A program made the position numbers and the translations under genes. Below are positions 1 through 9,484 of a stretch of 64,000 nt of DNA, piece by piece. A model generated the notes under the pieces. That model made no database searches. It was not told the DNA's origin and saw only the letters and a program-made list of their open reading frames with translations. The stretch's first letter is position 1, and the number at the start of each line of letters is the position of its first letter. Source of the DNA: a virus (lineage: Duplodnaviria > Heunggongvirae > Uroviricota > Caudoviricetes); IMG/VR virus record IMGVR_UViG_3300028797_000098, positions 102,321-166,320 of that record. One strand, given 5' to 3'.

Positions 1-401
1 ACAACAAGTGGGAACGCAGGCTGTTTACAACCAAGCTAAAGATGCTTGCCGAACTTCACAAGTATGATATCGTCGAGGTCAACCCGATGTACTCGTCAGT
101 CGTAGGCAACTTCGCCTACGGGAACGGGAATACGCCGGACATGATTGCCGCCTCGATAGAGATCGCACGCCGTGCTTACAAGAAATTCGAAAAGGGATGG
201 TTCTATCCAAGATTCAATATTCAGCCCCGAGATGAGCAATGGAAGCAAACACTCGCTGCAGTGGAGGACTGGAAAGGACTTTTCTCTAAAATTAAAGAAT
301 CGGGACTGAAATACCGGTTCCTGCTTAAGGATTATATCCAGAATGCAGTCTTCAGCAAAAATTATATACAAAAGTGTTATAATATATACACTTTTGCCTA
401 G
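1..401 (+). CDS. tnpB: C-terminal part of an IS200/IS605/IS607-associated TnpB-like protein (5'-truncated by window edge)
   Basis: Frame open from the window start (NKWERRLFTTKLKMLAELHKYDIVEVNPMYSSVVGN...PDMIAASIEIARR); the EVNPxYSS and DxxAAxxIARR motifs match the RuvC C-terminal region of TnpB-like proteins. Confidence 0.7.
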   Translation, partial: NKWERRLFTTKLKMLAELHKYDIVEVNPMYSSVVGNFAYGNGNTPDMIAASIEIARRAYKKFEKGWFYPRFNIQPRDEQWKQTLAAVEDWKGLFSKIKESGLKYRFLLKDYIQNAVFSKNYIQKCYNIYTFA

Positions 402-403
402 TC

Positions 404-616
404 TTATATAGTTTTTGTATTATATGCGCATTTGCGGTGAAGGATTGATTCATCCTTTTCATATTGGATGATCTTTTCGGCCTCCTCCACGGTATCGACA
501 AATTTAAACGGGTCACGATATCTGGTTTCAACGACTCCATTGACCTTGATGGTCCATATCTCGCATATGGCGATTACGGCGTATTGCTCTATTGGTTTTG
601 GTGTTTTCTGGTCCAT
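404..616 (-). CDS. hypothetical protein (leaderless candidate)
   Basis: ATG lies 6 nt after the -10 box of the minus-strand promoter at 623-651. Confidence 0.65.
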   Translation of the reverse strand: MDQKTPKPIEQYAVIAICEIWTIKVNGVVETRYRDPFKFVDTVEEAEKIIQYEKDESILHRKCAYNTKTI

Positions 617-622
617 GTCACA

Positions 623-651
623 AATGTAGCAAAAATGTTCCTAGTTGCCAA
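623..651 (-). promoter_or_regulatory. sigma70-like promoter TTGGCA-N17-TACATT
   Basis: Matches the window-wide consensus; back-to-back with the 645-673 promoter. Confidence 0.7.
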
Positions 652-673
652 CAGGAGGAAACAATGCTACATT
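645..673 (+). promoter_or_regulatory. sigma70-like promoter TTGCCA-N17-TACATT
   Basis: Exact consensus and 17-nt spacer with TG extension; upstream of AGGAG-ATG at 698. Confidence 0.8.
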
Positions 674-697
674 GAGTACATAACACAGGAGAACTTG

Positions 698-1144
698 ATG
701 AATCAGAAAGATGCTGAAGACTTTGTAGGTTGGCTTGGCCTTGTACATCCTGGAATCCTCGAAGAATATACTAAGGCCAAGGCAAAAGACCCAGAATTCC
801 GTAACTTAGCACCAAGTCAGCAATATCTCGATACCAAGAAAGAAATTGATTCGCTTGTTGAAGCATCTAAGTACGAGTTTACACAGAAACATATTTCATC
901 ATACAAGGAAAGGGTAGGGTATTATTATAAGGACCAACTTGCGTTCGTGTATGACTGTACCTGTGTAGCTGACGGTAAATTGCCACACTTGACATATTGG
1001 ACTGATTTTTTCAGATATGACAACAAATACAAGGAAAGTATTAGAAACGATGGTAATTTCCATTATATCTCCATAGACGGAAAGCATATCGCCAAAAGGG
1101 TACAGCGAATTCTAAGCCAAATTTCGACCAAGGAAGCTAGTTGA
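698..1144 (+). CDS. hypothetical protein
   Basis: Start moved to the ATG after AGGAG, downstream of the promoter. Confidence 0.7.
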   Translation: MNQKDAEDFVGWLGLVHPGILEEYTKAKAKDPEFRNLAPSQQYLDTKKEIDSLVEASKYEFTQKHISSYKERVGYYYKDQLAFVYDCTCVADGKLPHLTYWTDFFRYDNKYKESIRNDGNFHYISIDGKHIAKRVQRILSQISTKEAS

Positions 1145-1150
1145 GGAAAT

Positions 1151-1597
1151 ATGAGTTGCTTAGGGCCGAAGATTGAATTACTGTTACTGAAACCGACTCG
1201 ACCGGGTAACCCGTACGAGTGGAACTTGCTGCACCGGGGAGACTGTACTCTGCATATTCCGAGCATGCAGTATGGGGGTGGATATTACCTGTTTACCGAC
1301 AATGGTGGAGCTTATGATTTGATTGAAGTTCGCCCGGATACGACGATTGAGAAACTTGAACATTTGCCATTTACGCATTGGTTTAGCAAGCCGATTTCAA
1401 CAGATAGCCACAGGCCCAATTATTGGAACCCGATTCGCATGTCCCATGGCAAGGAATACTTGGTAAGAATCAGGGATAGGTTAAAATATGATTACAAGTG
1501 GCAATTTATTAGTGATGTGTCCATCCTTCGCGATTGTCTTCCGATAGATGTGTGGATTGATGACGATGACCTGTTTCCTATTATACCGCTTATCTAG
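1151..1597 (+). CDS. hypothetical protein
   Basis: Packed co-oriented ORF, GAGG upstream. Confidence 0.65.
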   Translation: MSCLGPKIELLLLKPTRPGNPYEWNLLHRGDCTLHIPSMQYGGGYYLFTDNGGAYDLIEVRPDTTIEKLEHLPFTHWFSKPISTDSHRPNYWNPIRMSHGKEYLVRIRDRLKYDYKWQFISDVSILRDCLPIDVWIDDDDLFPIIPLI

Positions 1598-1605
1598 GAG
1601 AAATT

Positions 1606-1824
1606 ATGGTAGTTGAGGAAGAAGACATCAAGAAGTTCCTGGAACACATTAAGAAATACCGGACCCTACGCGAAGGAAGCAGTGATTTCCGGTGCGAGAG
1701 TGCAAAGGACCCGTCCCTTGACCGTCATTCATTCGCCAAGGGGTTTGAAATGGGTCTGTATTATGCCATTGATATCCTGTGCGGTACCGAATGGGTCGAC
1801 AGCCACCTGGATACGGAGGAATAG
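1606..1824 (+). CDS. hypothetical protein
   Basis: AGGAG upstream; packed run. Confidence 0.65.
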   Translation: MVVEEEDIKKFLEHIKKYRTLREGSSDFRCESAKDPSLDRHSFAKGFEMGLYYAIDILCGTEWVDSHLDTEE

Positions 1825-1825
1825 A

Positions 1826-2089
1826 ATGATAGACACTGAATGGCATTCTGATTTCACTGAATGCGGACCGTTTGACCATGAACTGGAATGGGACAAGTCG
1901 TGGATAGTCCCTGTCGAATTCAAGATGTTTGATGGGACAGTCAAGACGGTGAAACTCCTTTATGACGAGGAATTCGACTGTTTTGACTATGATCCTAAGA
2001 ACGAAGATTTCTGCATCGAATATGATGTTTATGAAATAGCTTCATGGCGCTTCCCGGCGCTTCCGGGAACTAACAACAAGGAGACTTGA
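1826..2089 (+). CDS. hypothetical protein
   Basis: GGAGG upstream; abuts previous stop. Confidence 0.65.
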   Translation: MIDTEWHSDFTECGPFDHELEWDKSWIVPVEFKMFDGTVKTVKLLYDEEFDCFDYDPKNEDFCIEYDVYEIASWRFPALPGTNNKET

Positions 2090-2091
2090 TT

Positions 2092-2271
2092 ATGGGTATT
2101 CTTAGTGGAATCGTTGGAACTATTGCGGATACGGCTGATGCCGTTGCTGATGTCGCATCTTCTGCCACCAAGGCGGGCGTGCGCGGCGCGAAATGTGTAG
2201 CCGATGACACGGAAAAGGTCGTAAAGGACGTTCTCGATCCGTTCAACCTGTTCCATGATGACGACGACTAA
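2092..2271 (+). CDS. small hypothetical protein
   Basis: AAGGAG upstream; Ala/Asp-rich. Confidence 0.6.
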   Translation: MGILSGIVGTIADTADAVADVASSATKAGVRGAKCVADDTEKVVKDVLDPFNLFHDDDD

Positions 2272-2276
2272 CGAAG

Positions 2277-2305
2277 TTGCCACGTAGTGGCATCTTTGCT
2301 ACATA
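2277..2305 (+). promoter_or_regulatory. sigma70-like promoter TTGCCA-N17-TACATA
   Basis: Consensus match; -35 sits in a small hairpin tgccac-gta-gtggca. Confidence 0.8.
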
Positions 2306-2332
2306 TGTCACATAAACAAAGAGGAAATAAAT

Positions 2333-2959
2333 ATGCAAATGACTGGCTTTACTAGTTTCATTATCAAAGATGGCATGACTAGTGCGTATGATTTTGTAAA
2401 GCTCTGCTTGCGCGGGTTTGGCATTCTCTGCGCGTATAGAGATGAGCCACTTTCTCCAAATATACCCAAGACATTGGAGAAGGAAACCTATCATAAGGAG
2501 GAACTTGCAAAGGCCAAGGAAAAACTTGAACGTCTTCGTGCGAGAACTGACGATGAATGGATAAAGGAAATTGAAACTGAAATTGATTCGGCAACCGCTC
2601 GCCATGAGAAGGAAGCTGCCGAGAATGCCGAAGCTTTGGAACGTCTCACCAAGGTCAAGAACGCTATCCAGGAATGGGATTGCGACGAAAAATATCTTCC
2701 TGTAAAGAAGTTTGCACTTGAGCAGATTTCAAGTTCCGAGCCGGATGAAGATACATGGCATGCGCGATACGTGGACTCATTGAAGACTGCTCTCGCTAGC
2801 CAGGAAGGCCTTGATGCATATAAGGCCAATCTGATTAACCTTGCCGTATCTGACATTCAATATCATAAGCAACATATGATAGAAGATGAAGAAAGATGGC
2901 GCGAGAATCAGGAATATCTCGACGGTTTCTGGAAAGAAGTTGAAAAATTAAACAAGTAG
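2333..2959 (+). CDS. hypothetical coiled-coil phage protein
   Basis: GAGG upstream, downstream of promoter; E/K-rich helical sequence. Confidence 0.75.
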   Translation: MQMTGFTSFIIKDGMTSAYDFVKLCLRGFGILCAYRDEPLSPNIPKTLEKETYHKEELAKAKEKLERLRARTDDEWIKEIETEIDSATARHEKEAAENAEALERLTKVKNAIQEWDCDEKYLPVKKFALEQISSSEPDEDTWHARYVDSLKTALASQEGLDAYKANLINLAVSDIQYHKQHMIEDEERWRENQEYLDGFWKEVEKLNK

Positions 2960-2965
2960 GACGAC

Positions 2966-3211
2966 ATGTCAACAAAAAATTCCACTATGGAATTGGCGAT
3001 ATCCATCATTGCGTTATTGATCATATTGGTCGTATACGCTGTGCTGGCCAAGCCAAAAGATACAGCGGGTGTTCTGTATATGATTGGAAATGACCAGCCG
3101 GTGTGTTCGGGTGTCTTGCATACGGTTCACACCGCGTATGGAAAGTCTAGCTCGTTTACATGTTCCGATGGGCGTGAAATCAAGCAAGTTACCAATTATA
3201 TCCTGAAATAA
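2966..3211 (+). CDS. hypothetical protein with N-terminal membrane anchor
   Basis: Hydrophobic LAISIIALLIILVVYAVLA. Confidence 0.65.
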   Translation: MSTKNSTMELAISIIALLIILVVYAVLAKPKDTAGVLYMIGNDQPVCSGVLHTVHTAYGKSSSFTCSDGREIKQVTNYILK

Positions 3212-3214
3212 CCC

Positions 3215-3421
3215 ATGATTAAATATTTCATCCTCATTTCCTACCTTTCCGGTTGGCCATTGCCAATCGGGGAGTTCTCGACCCTCGATGAATGCGAGAA
3301 GGCATGGAAGACTATTGCAAGCAACTATTACAACCCGAATATAGCTACTGGCAAAAACTGGTACCGGAAGAAGCCGTACCTGTGCATCGAGAATAACAAG
3401 CAGGCGGTACCCAAACCATGA
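3215..3421 (+). CDS. hypothetical protein
   Basis: Packed run. Confidence 0.55.
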   Translation: MIKYFILISYLSGWPLPIGEFSTLDECEKAWKTIASNYYNPNIATGKNWYRKKPYLCIENNKQAVPKP

Positions 3422-3447
3422 ATGAAGAAAGACATGGAGAATAGACC

Positions 3448-3747
3448 GTGAAACCGATCCCAATTATAGTTCTCGCCACTTACATACTGCTGTTTGCCAT
3501 CGTTGGCCTTATTTTTGGCTGGATGGCGGTTGTATATGCGTTGTTCAGCATGTTTGCACTTGGCACAGTGGTTTATGTTCTTGTCCTTCTCGAAGAAGAA
3601 CCGTGGAAATATGCCAACACTACTGAAAACATATTCGGGTACGCCCTGATGGCGTATTGTGTCGTGTTCCTCTTCATTCCCATCATTGTCCTGAACATAT
3701 TAAGCGACATGAGGGACGAAGGAAAAATAAGCACTAAGTGGATGTAA
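3448..3747 (+). CDS. hypothetical membrane protein
   Basis: About three hydrophobic segments. Confidence 0.65.
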   Translation: MKPIPIIVLATYILLFAIVGLIFGWMAVVYALFSMFALGTVVYVLVLLEEEPWKYANTTENIFGYALMAYCVVFLFIPIIVLNILSDMRDEGKISTKWM

Positions 3748-3762
3748 AATAATATTAACAAA

Positions 3763-5148
3763 ATGGTGAATATGACTAAGCCAGTAAAGAAAACCAGCAA
3801 AAAGCTGTATGACCAGCTATGCACGGAAATCGACCGTATTTTCGACCTTTACGGTAAGCCGAGCGACAACTGCATCGTTCTCGGCGTTTATTATAACGAT
3901 CGGGATAGCAGTTGGTCCCGTGGGCATAGTTGCATTTGCGAAGATTCGATAGCTTTGAGTAAAGCTGGCGATTTTCGGTATTTTAGTCCATATTATGACT
4001 GGGATTACGAATATAATCCATATGTGCGGCCAGTAATGCACGATGTTTCTGCGTTTACTACACTTGGAAAGCGTACGCACGATTCCCCTGACGAGGGCAT
4101 ATATGTCATTAGCCGAGGTCTCAGTGTTGGCCCGATCGGCAAGGAATCGCTCATGCCCAAGGACGTTGACCGCATCCCATGCAGTCCATTGATTGAAAAG
4201 CTTCGCGACTACTATGTCGATGCACGGAAGCTTGTTGAGATGATTAAGCCGCTGATGCATCAGGTTTGCGGTACTGGAAGATCCTATTGTGATAGTTCCA
4301 CTAACTGCTTCTGGCGTAACTACATTGTCGTTGGGCGGGACTATAATTTCCGGACGTTTACCATGCGTTATGATGCCATGGTGTCGAGTAGACACTTGGA
4401 TTTTGACTCCATGATTGTCGATAGAACATTGGGGGACTGTGGTCATGTCAAGCAGCATTTCACTCCGGCCAAAGAGTATGCTCCGACGGAAAATGTCGCC
4501 ATTCGTGAGCCTGTGCCGTATATCGAGTGGAAAGATTGGAAGAATCATGTCAGACGACTTGATACGCGTTATCTGCGCCGGGGTTGGCGTGCCGGCGTAA
4601 CAAACTTGGATGTGGTTCCGTTTGCCAGCATGAAGCTTAAAGAACTGCCAATATGCATGATTACCGACATTTTCATGCAGACGTATGACCGTGGAAGCGA
4701 TCCCAAATTATCAAATTTCTTCTACTACGAGCCTGAGAACAGAGACGAGGACATATACGCGCTCTGCCAGAACAGTGTCTATGAATTTGAATGTTATGGC
4801 AGGCAGCAGATTGGATTTAACTGGCATACCATGTGCTGCCTTCATGGCGATGTCAATTACCGCAAAGGTAAATCCAAGAAGGTGGTGGAAACTTACATCG
4901 GCGACATGACGCCAATCGAGTTTATCCAGTTCATCAATAAAACATTCTGGGACGAGTACAAGGAGTACACCGGTGACGTAGACTTGCTGTATTACGGGCT
5001 GGTGAAAAAGCTGGCACGACCGTCATATAAGAATTTTGGAAACTATGAGAACGGTACCCAGTATTGCTGGAACTCGATCCGCGCAAAGCCATGGTATCTC
5101 ACAATTGCGCAATATGATGAAGCCCAGGAAATCTTAAAAATAAGGTAA
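3763..5148 (+). CDS. hypothetical protein (461 aa)
   Basis: Long ORF; no family recognised. Confidence 0.8.
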   Translation: MVNMTKPVKKTSKKLYDQLCTEIDRIFDLYGKPSDNCIVLGVYYNDRDSSWSRGHSCICEDSIALSKAGDFRYFSPYYDWDYEYNPYVRPVMHDVSAFTTLGKRTHDSPDEGIYVISRGLSVGPIGKESLMPKDVDRIPCSPLIEKLRDYYVDARKLVEMIKPLMHQVCGTGRSYCDSSTNCFWRNYIVVGRDYNFRTFTMRYDAMVSSRHLDFDSMIVDRTLGDCGHVKQHFTPAKEYAPTENVAIREPVPYIEWKDWKNHVRRLDTRYLRRGWRAGVTNLDVVPFASMKLKELPICMITDIFMQTYDRGSDPKLSNFFYYEPENRDEDIYALCQNSVYEFECYGRQQIGFNWHTMCCLHGDVNYRKGKSKKVVETYIGDMTPIEFIQFINKTFWDEYKEYTGDVDLLYYGLVKKLARPSYKNFGNYENGTQYCWNSIRAKPWYLTIAQYDEAQEILKIR

Positions 5149-5152
5149 ATAC

Positions 5153-5578
5153 ATGAAACTTATAAAATTATTACATAGCACACTGTCTGATTTGACCGCC
5201 GAATATCCGGGCATCATGTGGAGTACAATGGTTATTGATGCAATCGTGCTGCTGTATCTGGATTTGATGGGACTTAATGCGCTTGGCTTTGAACATTATA
5301 CCATAGTATCCCATACTGTAATGGGTGTATATGGCGCAATAAATTCCATATTCTTTATCGTAGCCGTATTATATATGGCCGGGGATGATCCGCTTGAATA
5401 TGAACCGACCACCGAAGAACGTAGGGAACGGTACGGGAAGGTAATTGCTCCTATGTTGATATTGTTCCCGTTATTGCTTCCGATGTGGGTGGGATTTGTC
5501 ATCTCGCATGCAGTTGCTTTCATAGGCTCATTCATATATGAGATATACAAGAAACTGGAAAATTTGATACTGAAGTAA
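5153..5578 (+). CDS. hypothetical membrane protein
   Basis: Multiple hydrophobic segments. Confidence 0.7.
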   Translation: MKLIKLLHSTLSDLTAEYPGIMWSTMVIDAIVLLYLDLMGLNALGFEHYTIVSHTVMGVYGAINSIFFIVAVLYMAGDDPLEYEPTTEERRERYGKVIAPMLILFPLLLPMWVGFVISHAVAFIGSFIYEIYKKLENLILK

Positions 5579-5581
5579 AAC

Positions 5582-5612
5582 AAAAAGGATTGCCATTGAG
5601 GCAATCCTTTTT
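5582..5612. terminator. bidirectional intrinsic terminator
   Basis: AAAAA-GGATTGCC-attga-GGCAATCC-TTTTT between convergent genes. Confidence 0.85.
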
Positions 5613-5621
5613 ATTAGGCAA

Positions 5622-6263
5622 TTATTCACCATATTCCTTGTCGTATTCCTCGCAGATGAGCATCTGTTTCTTCATCTCCTCATCGCTAAACTTCGGGTCA
5701 CGGGAAATGATGTGCGGCCCGCTGTATTCCCATACCTTGAATGTATCTGGGTTGATTGCGTTACGATAACAGTAGCATGAATCGTGCCATGCGATGACCT
5801 TTGCCTCGTTCTTTGACCTGGCCTTGACTACAACGAACTGTTCCTCGTTGGCTATGTAGTTGAAATACTGTACCTGCCACAGGATGTACTCCGGGTCGTC
5901 AATGGCTACAACCTGTATTTTGCCGCTTCCGTCATTATATGGGTTGTTTGTGTTGGCATCAATTATAATCGTTATCATCCGGTTGCGGAAGCGTTCGAGT
6001 TTCATGGTGTATTTGTCGAGCGTTCCCAGTTCGACTATGCCATCCTGGATGGTTTTTATGGACAGCGTTCCATCACAGCCGACTTTGATATCGACATCTA
6101 TTCCCCCGTCCATTACTCCGGGGGTGTGCCAGTTAATCTTGAAGTCCTTTTTGGTAAGTGCGTATTCCTCGCTGACAATCCACCGAGGATCCTTGTCGCG
6201 TTGACAGATGGAGTTGTTGCAAAGGCTTTTAAGTGTCTGGTAAGTATTTTCATTGCTAGTCAT
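5622..6263 (-). CDS. hypothetical protein (leaderless candidate)
   Basis: ATG at 6263 is 6 nt after TGC-TATATT on the minus strand. Confidence 0.75.
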   Translation of the reverse strand: MTSNENTYQTLKSLCNNSICQRDKDPRWIVSEEYALTKKDFKINWHTPGVMDGGIDVDIKVGCDGTLSIKTIQDGIVELGTLDKYTMKLERFRNRMITIIIDANTNNPYNDGSGKIQVVAIDDPEYILWQVQYFNYIANEEQFVVVKARSKNEAKVIAWHDSCYCYRNAINPDTFKVWEYSGPHIISRDPKFSDEEMKKQMLICEEYDKEYGE

Positions 6264-6312
6264 GCCCCAAATATAGCAAAAATATGCTATATTTACCAAA
6301 AAGAGGTATAGA

Positions 6313-6792
6313 ATGCTTGAAGTTTACAAAAGTGCACTACGTTCCTTATGGACATTTACCAAATCGGGCATGATAGCCCTTGCTCTCATGCTGCCGGGCC
6401 TTATTCTCATAGCCTATATGGTTGCGACCAAGAATACTGACATCAGCTGGTGGGTAGTTGCCGGGGATCTGGTAGCCATTGCGCTGTGGGCACCGATAGT
6501 GCTTCGCTTTGCGCATATGGATGACTATGGTTCCTGTACATTGTGGGAATCATACCGGAAAACATTTGAAGGCATTGTTATGGGTATCATAGTATGTGCT
6601 TTTATTGCCGGATGGCTTATCTGGGTATGCCTTCCTATATTGGCTGGCTTGACTATTAGCGCATTGCTAAATCGGGGACCGAAAGATTTTGAAGTTGTCG
6701 CCACTCTGGTTTTCAATGTAATTTGGGCGCCAGGCGCACACTACCTATATGATAAGTGGTTGGATAAGGTGTTTGACAAGTCTTCAAAGTAG
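6313..6792 (+). CDS. hypothetical membrane protein (paralog of the 7793-8127 remnant)
   Basis: About four TM segments; GAGG upstream; shared C-terminal WxPGAHYL..K.LDKVF. Confidence 0.75.
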   Translation: MLEVYKSALRSLWTFTKSGMIALALMLPGLILIAYMVATKNTDISWWVVAGDLVAIALWAPIVLRFAHMDDYGSCTLWESYRKTFEGIVMGIIVCAFIAGWLIWVCLPILAGLTISALLNRGPKDFEVVATLVFNVIWAPGAHYLYDKWLDKVFDKSSK

Positions 6793-6797
6793 CCCTG

Positions 6798-6826
6798 TTG
6801 CCACCGGCGGTCCCCTTTGCTACATT
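6798..6826 (+). promoter_or_regulatory. sigma70-like promoter TTGCCA-N17-TACATT
   Basis: Exact consensus. Confidence 0.85.
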
Positions 6827-6844
6827 TGCAGTAAAGGTACAGCA

Positions 6845-7330
6845 ATGAAGAAGACTACACGACAGAAACTTGACGACATTGACCATCAGATACAGAACCT
6901 GCGCAACGAGCGGGCCAAGCTCAGAGCCTCGGTTGACGCCGAGGAGACGAATGCGCTCACGGCCAAGTTCGTTGGCAAGTGGGTGACTCTTGGCGGATGG
7001 GGTATCCATGACGAGCACACCTATGACAAGACGGCTGGTGGTCATTACAGAATATTCAGGATCGACAACTTGCGGAAATTCGCTCCCGGCGAGTACCGCC
7101 TGGATCGTTCTTGTGATTACCGTCTCAGCGTGTCTAATGAACTGAGCTTGCGTTCCGACGGCATATTGTTCTGTATGGACAAGAAAGACACTAAGTGCGA
7201 CATCATGGACATGGCTCACCTTACTGTAATTTCCGATAAGGAAATGGCCAAGGTGCTTTGCAAGGTGACCAAGAACTTATGCAATCTGCTGTCCGATCTT
7301 ACCGCACTTGAACAAGACTTCACCCATTGA
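6845..7330 (+). CDS. hypothetical protein
   Basis: AAGG upstream, follows promoter; start moved to MKKTTRQ. Confidence 0.7.
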   Translation: MKKTTRQKLDDIDHQIQNLRNERAKLRASVDAEETNALTAKFVGKWVTLGGWGIHDEHTYDKTAGGHYRIFRIDNLRKFAPGEYRLDRSCDYRLSVSNELSLRSDGILFCMDKKDTKCDIMDMAHLTVISDKEMAKVLCKVTKNLCNLLSDLTALEQDFTH

Positions 7331-7637
7331 TAAAAGGGAACAAATGGTATTTTTAATTCGTGACAGCTTTATTTTGGCAGTTGGCACCAAATATGACAAT
7401 GACGATATCATCAAGGTGTTCCGTGACGAGGTTGAACGAATCCTGTCAACATCCTGCACTGTCTACATTGACGACCAACCGATTAATGATACGCTCCCGA
7501 AAACATTCCCGGAGAAGGTTGATGCGTTGGTTTACTATCTCCTTCAAGGAACTACCGTTTTTAAGTTTAGGTGGCACGGCCCTCATGGACAGGTGAATTC
7601 TGAATCTGTAATCCATCTGCAAAGATATGAAATGTAA
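7308..7637 (+). CDS. hypothetical protein
   Basis: Packed run; start uncertain. Confidence 0.6.
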   Translation: MNKTSPIDKREQMVFLIRDSFILAVGTKYDNDDIIKVFRDEVERILSTSCTVYIDDQPINDTLPKTFPEKVDALVYYLLQGTTVFKFRWHGPHGQVNSESVIHLQRYEM

Positions 7638-7649
7638 ATGCGAGGTGAT

Positions 7650-8127
7650 ATGGTATCGGAACAAGATATAAGAAAGAGTCTTAATATTTCCAGTGAATAT
7701 GAGGTGGAACTGGATGACGATGTCAAGTTCAATGAAATTCGCGGCGGTGTATCATTCAAGTGCAAACATTGTCAGGCCGCATTCATGGCCGGATGTCGGC
7801 CTCGTGCCCGGTATCCTGGTCATTGCTGCGATTGTCCTGTGGTCCCCGGTGCCCCTGAGGCCAGTATTCTTCAAGGACGAGACATGGGCGGAATGCTATC
7901 TCACGCTGATGAAGGGACTTGGCGTAGCCGCCTTAATCTGCATTCTCCTGGTACTCTACATAATCTGGGTGGGCCTCCCCATCATGGCGGGAATGACATA
8001 CTGTTCATTGACGGCTCAAGAACCGGCGAAGTGGGGGATTATCGGTACAGGCATTGCCAACGGTGTCTGGGGGCCAGGCGCCCACTACCTGTTCACCAAG
8101 GCGCTCGACAAGGTGTTCCCCGATTAG
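7650..8127 (+). pseudogene. out-of-frame chimera: 5' copy of the 9170 gene fused to a 3' paralog of the 6313 membrane gene
   Basis: 7650-7792 matches 9170-9312 (MVSEQD.RKSL.ISS.Y.VELDDDVKFNEIR...AFMAG); 7793-8127, in another frame, aligns with the 6313 protein. Confidence 0.75.
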
Positions 8128-8132
8128 CCAGG

Positions 8133-8161
8133 TTGCCATGCGTGTCCCTTAATGCTACATT
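8133..8161 (+). promoter_or_regulatory. sigma70-like promoter TTGCCA-N17-TACATT
   Basis: Exact consensus. Confidence 0.85.
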
Positions 8162-8181
8162 TGGGGAAAAGAGGACACGAT

Positions 8182-8466
8182 ATGCTACTAGAATACAAGG
8201 TTGCGCCGCATTACGGCGACATCTGCGAACTGAACCCCGACTGCCATATCAACGGGGAGCCGTTGGATTACAACGACTTCGTGCGCAAGTACGACCACGA
8301 CAAGGCCCATGCACAGGAATTCGGCTGTCGCGACATGCGCTGCGACATCAAGCAACCGAGCGGAGACGTGCTGAACAAGTATTGCATTACAGCCGAGGAG
8401 TACCAGACGATTGCCTTCGAGATTTCGGAGGCGTTGAAATTCGGTGCATGCCGGGAATGCGTGTAA
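8182..8466 (+). CDS. hypothetical Cys-containing phage protein
   Basis: GAGG upstream; follows promoter. Confidence 0.7.
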   Translation: MLLEYKVAPHYGDICELNPDCHINGEPLDYNDFVRKYDHDKAHAQEFGCRDMRCDIKQPSGDVLNKYCITAEEYQTIAFEISEALKFGACRECV

Positions 8467-8471
8467 GTTTC

Positions 8472-8500
8472 TTGCCGGTGTAAGAAATTTTTGCTACATT
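8472..8500 (+). promoter_or_regulatory. sigma70-like promoter TTGCCG-N17-TACATT
   Basis: Consensus match. Confidence 0.8.
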
Positions 8501-8530
8501 TACAAGGTAAACAATTAACCACATGAGGAT

Positions 8531-9160
8531 ATGATGCAAGGTGGAAAACTGGCCGGGGGCAACCCGGAAAACGGTCGTGTCGATAACGACTTCTACGCGA
8601 CCGACCCTGCAGCGGTGGAGCAGCTTTTCAAGGCTCTCTGCATGTACGACAATGAGTTCACTGATTTCTCCCCGTGGTCCTTCATGGAACCGTGCGTGGG
8701 CAACGGCAACATCGCCAGGGCCACGCTGGACTACTTCAACTTCTCCCTCCACCGTCCGGAATCGGTGAATACATTCGTAGACATCGTGGACCGCGGGTAC
8801 CCGGAGACCATCGTGCAGGACTTCATGACGTTCAAGCCGGAACGGAAGTACCAGCTCATCGTCACCAATCCCCCGTATTCCATCGCACTCGACTTCGTGA
8901 AGAAGTGTCTGGAACATCTTGAACACCGGGGCTACCTGGCCATGTTCCTGAAAATCCAGTTCTGGGAAGGCGAGAAGCGCAAGCAGTTCCTCCTGGACAA
9001 CCCGCCGGCATTCTGCTTCCCCTTCTCCAAGCGTATGCCCACATGGAACAACGGGCAGCAGTGGGACGAGAACGGCAAGCGCTGGGCGACCACCATGTGC
9101 CACGCATGGTTCGTGTGGAAGAAGGACTACTGTGACCTTTGCAGGACAGTTCCAATCTAG
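8531..9160 (+). CDS. DNA N6-adenine (amino) methyltransferase
   Basis: DNDFYATDP, SAM-binding motif I MEPCVGNGNI and catalytic motif IV TNPPY. Confidence 0.85.
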   Translation: MMQGGKLAGGNPENGRVDNDFYATDPAAVEQLFKALCMYDNEFTDFSPWSFMEPCVGNGNIARATLDYFNFSLHRPESVNTFVDIVDRGYPETIVQDFMTFKPERKYQLIVTNPPYSIALDFVKKCLEHLEHRGYLAMFLKIQFWEGEKRKQFLLDNPPAFCFPFSKRMPTWNNGQQWDENGKRWATTMCHAWFVWKKDYCDLCRTVPI

Positions 9161-9169
9161 GAGTGTAAT

Positions 9170-9484
9170 ATGGTATCGGAACAAGATGTAAGGAAGAGTC
9201 TCGACATTTCCAGTGACTACGACGTGGAACTGGACGATGATGTCAAGTTCAACGAGATCCGCTACGGCGTAGAGTTCAAGTGCTTGCACTGCCAGGCCGC
9301 CTTCATGGCCGGTTATGACCAGATGTGGGTCTACAAATGCACCCCCATGCGCGGGAGGGCCCGATGGTACAACCCGGAACGTAAGGCCAGCTTCATTTTG
9401 GCAACGGAGTGCCCGTCCTGCAAGAAGCACATTGCAGCATGGGCCGAAGACTCCGACACTTACATGTACCTGGGGCGTAAATAA
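9170..9484 (+). CDS. hypothetical protein with two CxxC motifs
   Basis: CLHC...CPSC; AGGAG upstream. Confidence 0.7.
   Translation: MVSEQDVRKSLDISSDYDVELDDDVKFNEIRYGVEFKCLHCQAAFMAGYDQMWVYKCTPMRGRARWYNPERKASFILATECPSCKKHIAAWAEDSDTYMYLGRK

Noticed and set aside
7650-9312. DGR template/variable repeat pair
   Set aside because: Differences include many non-adenine, mostly synonymous changes; no reverse transcriptase in the window
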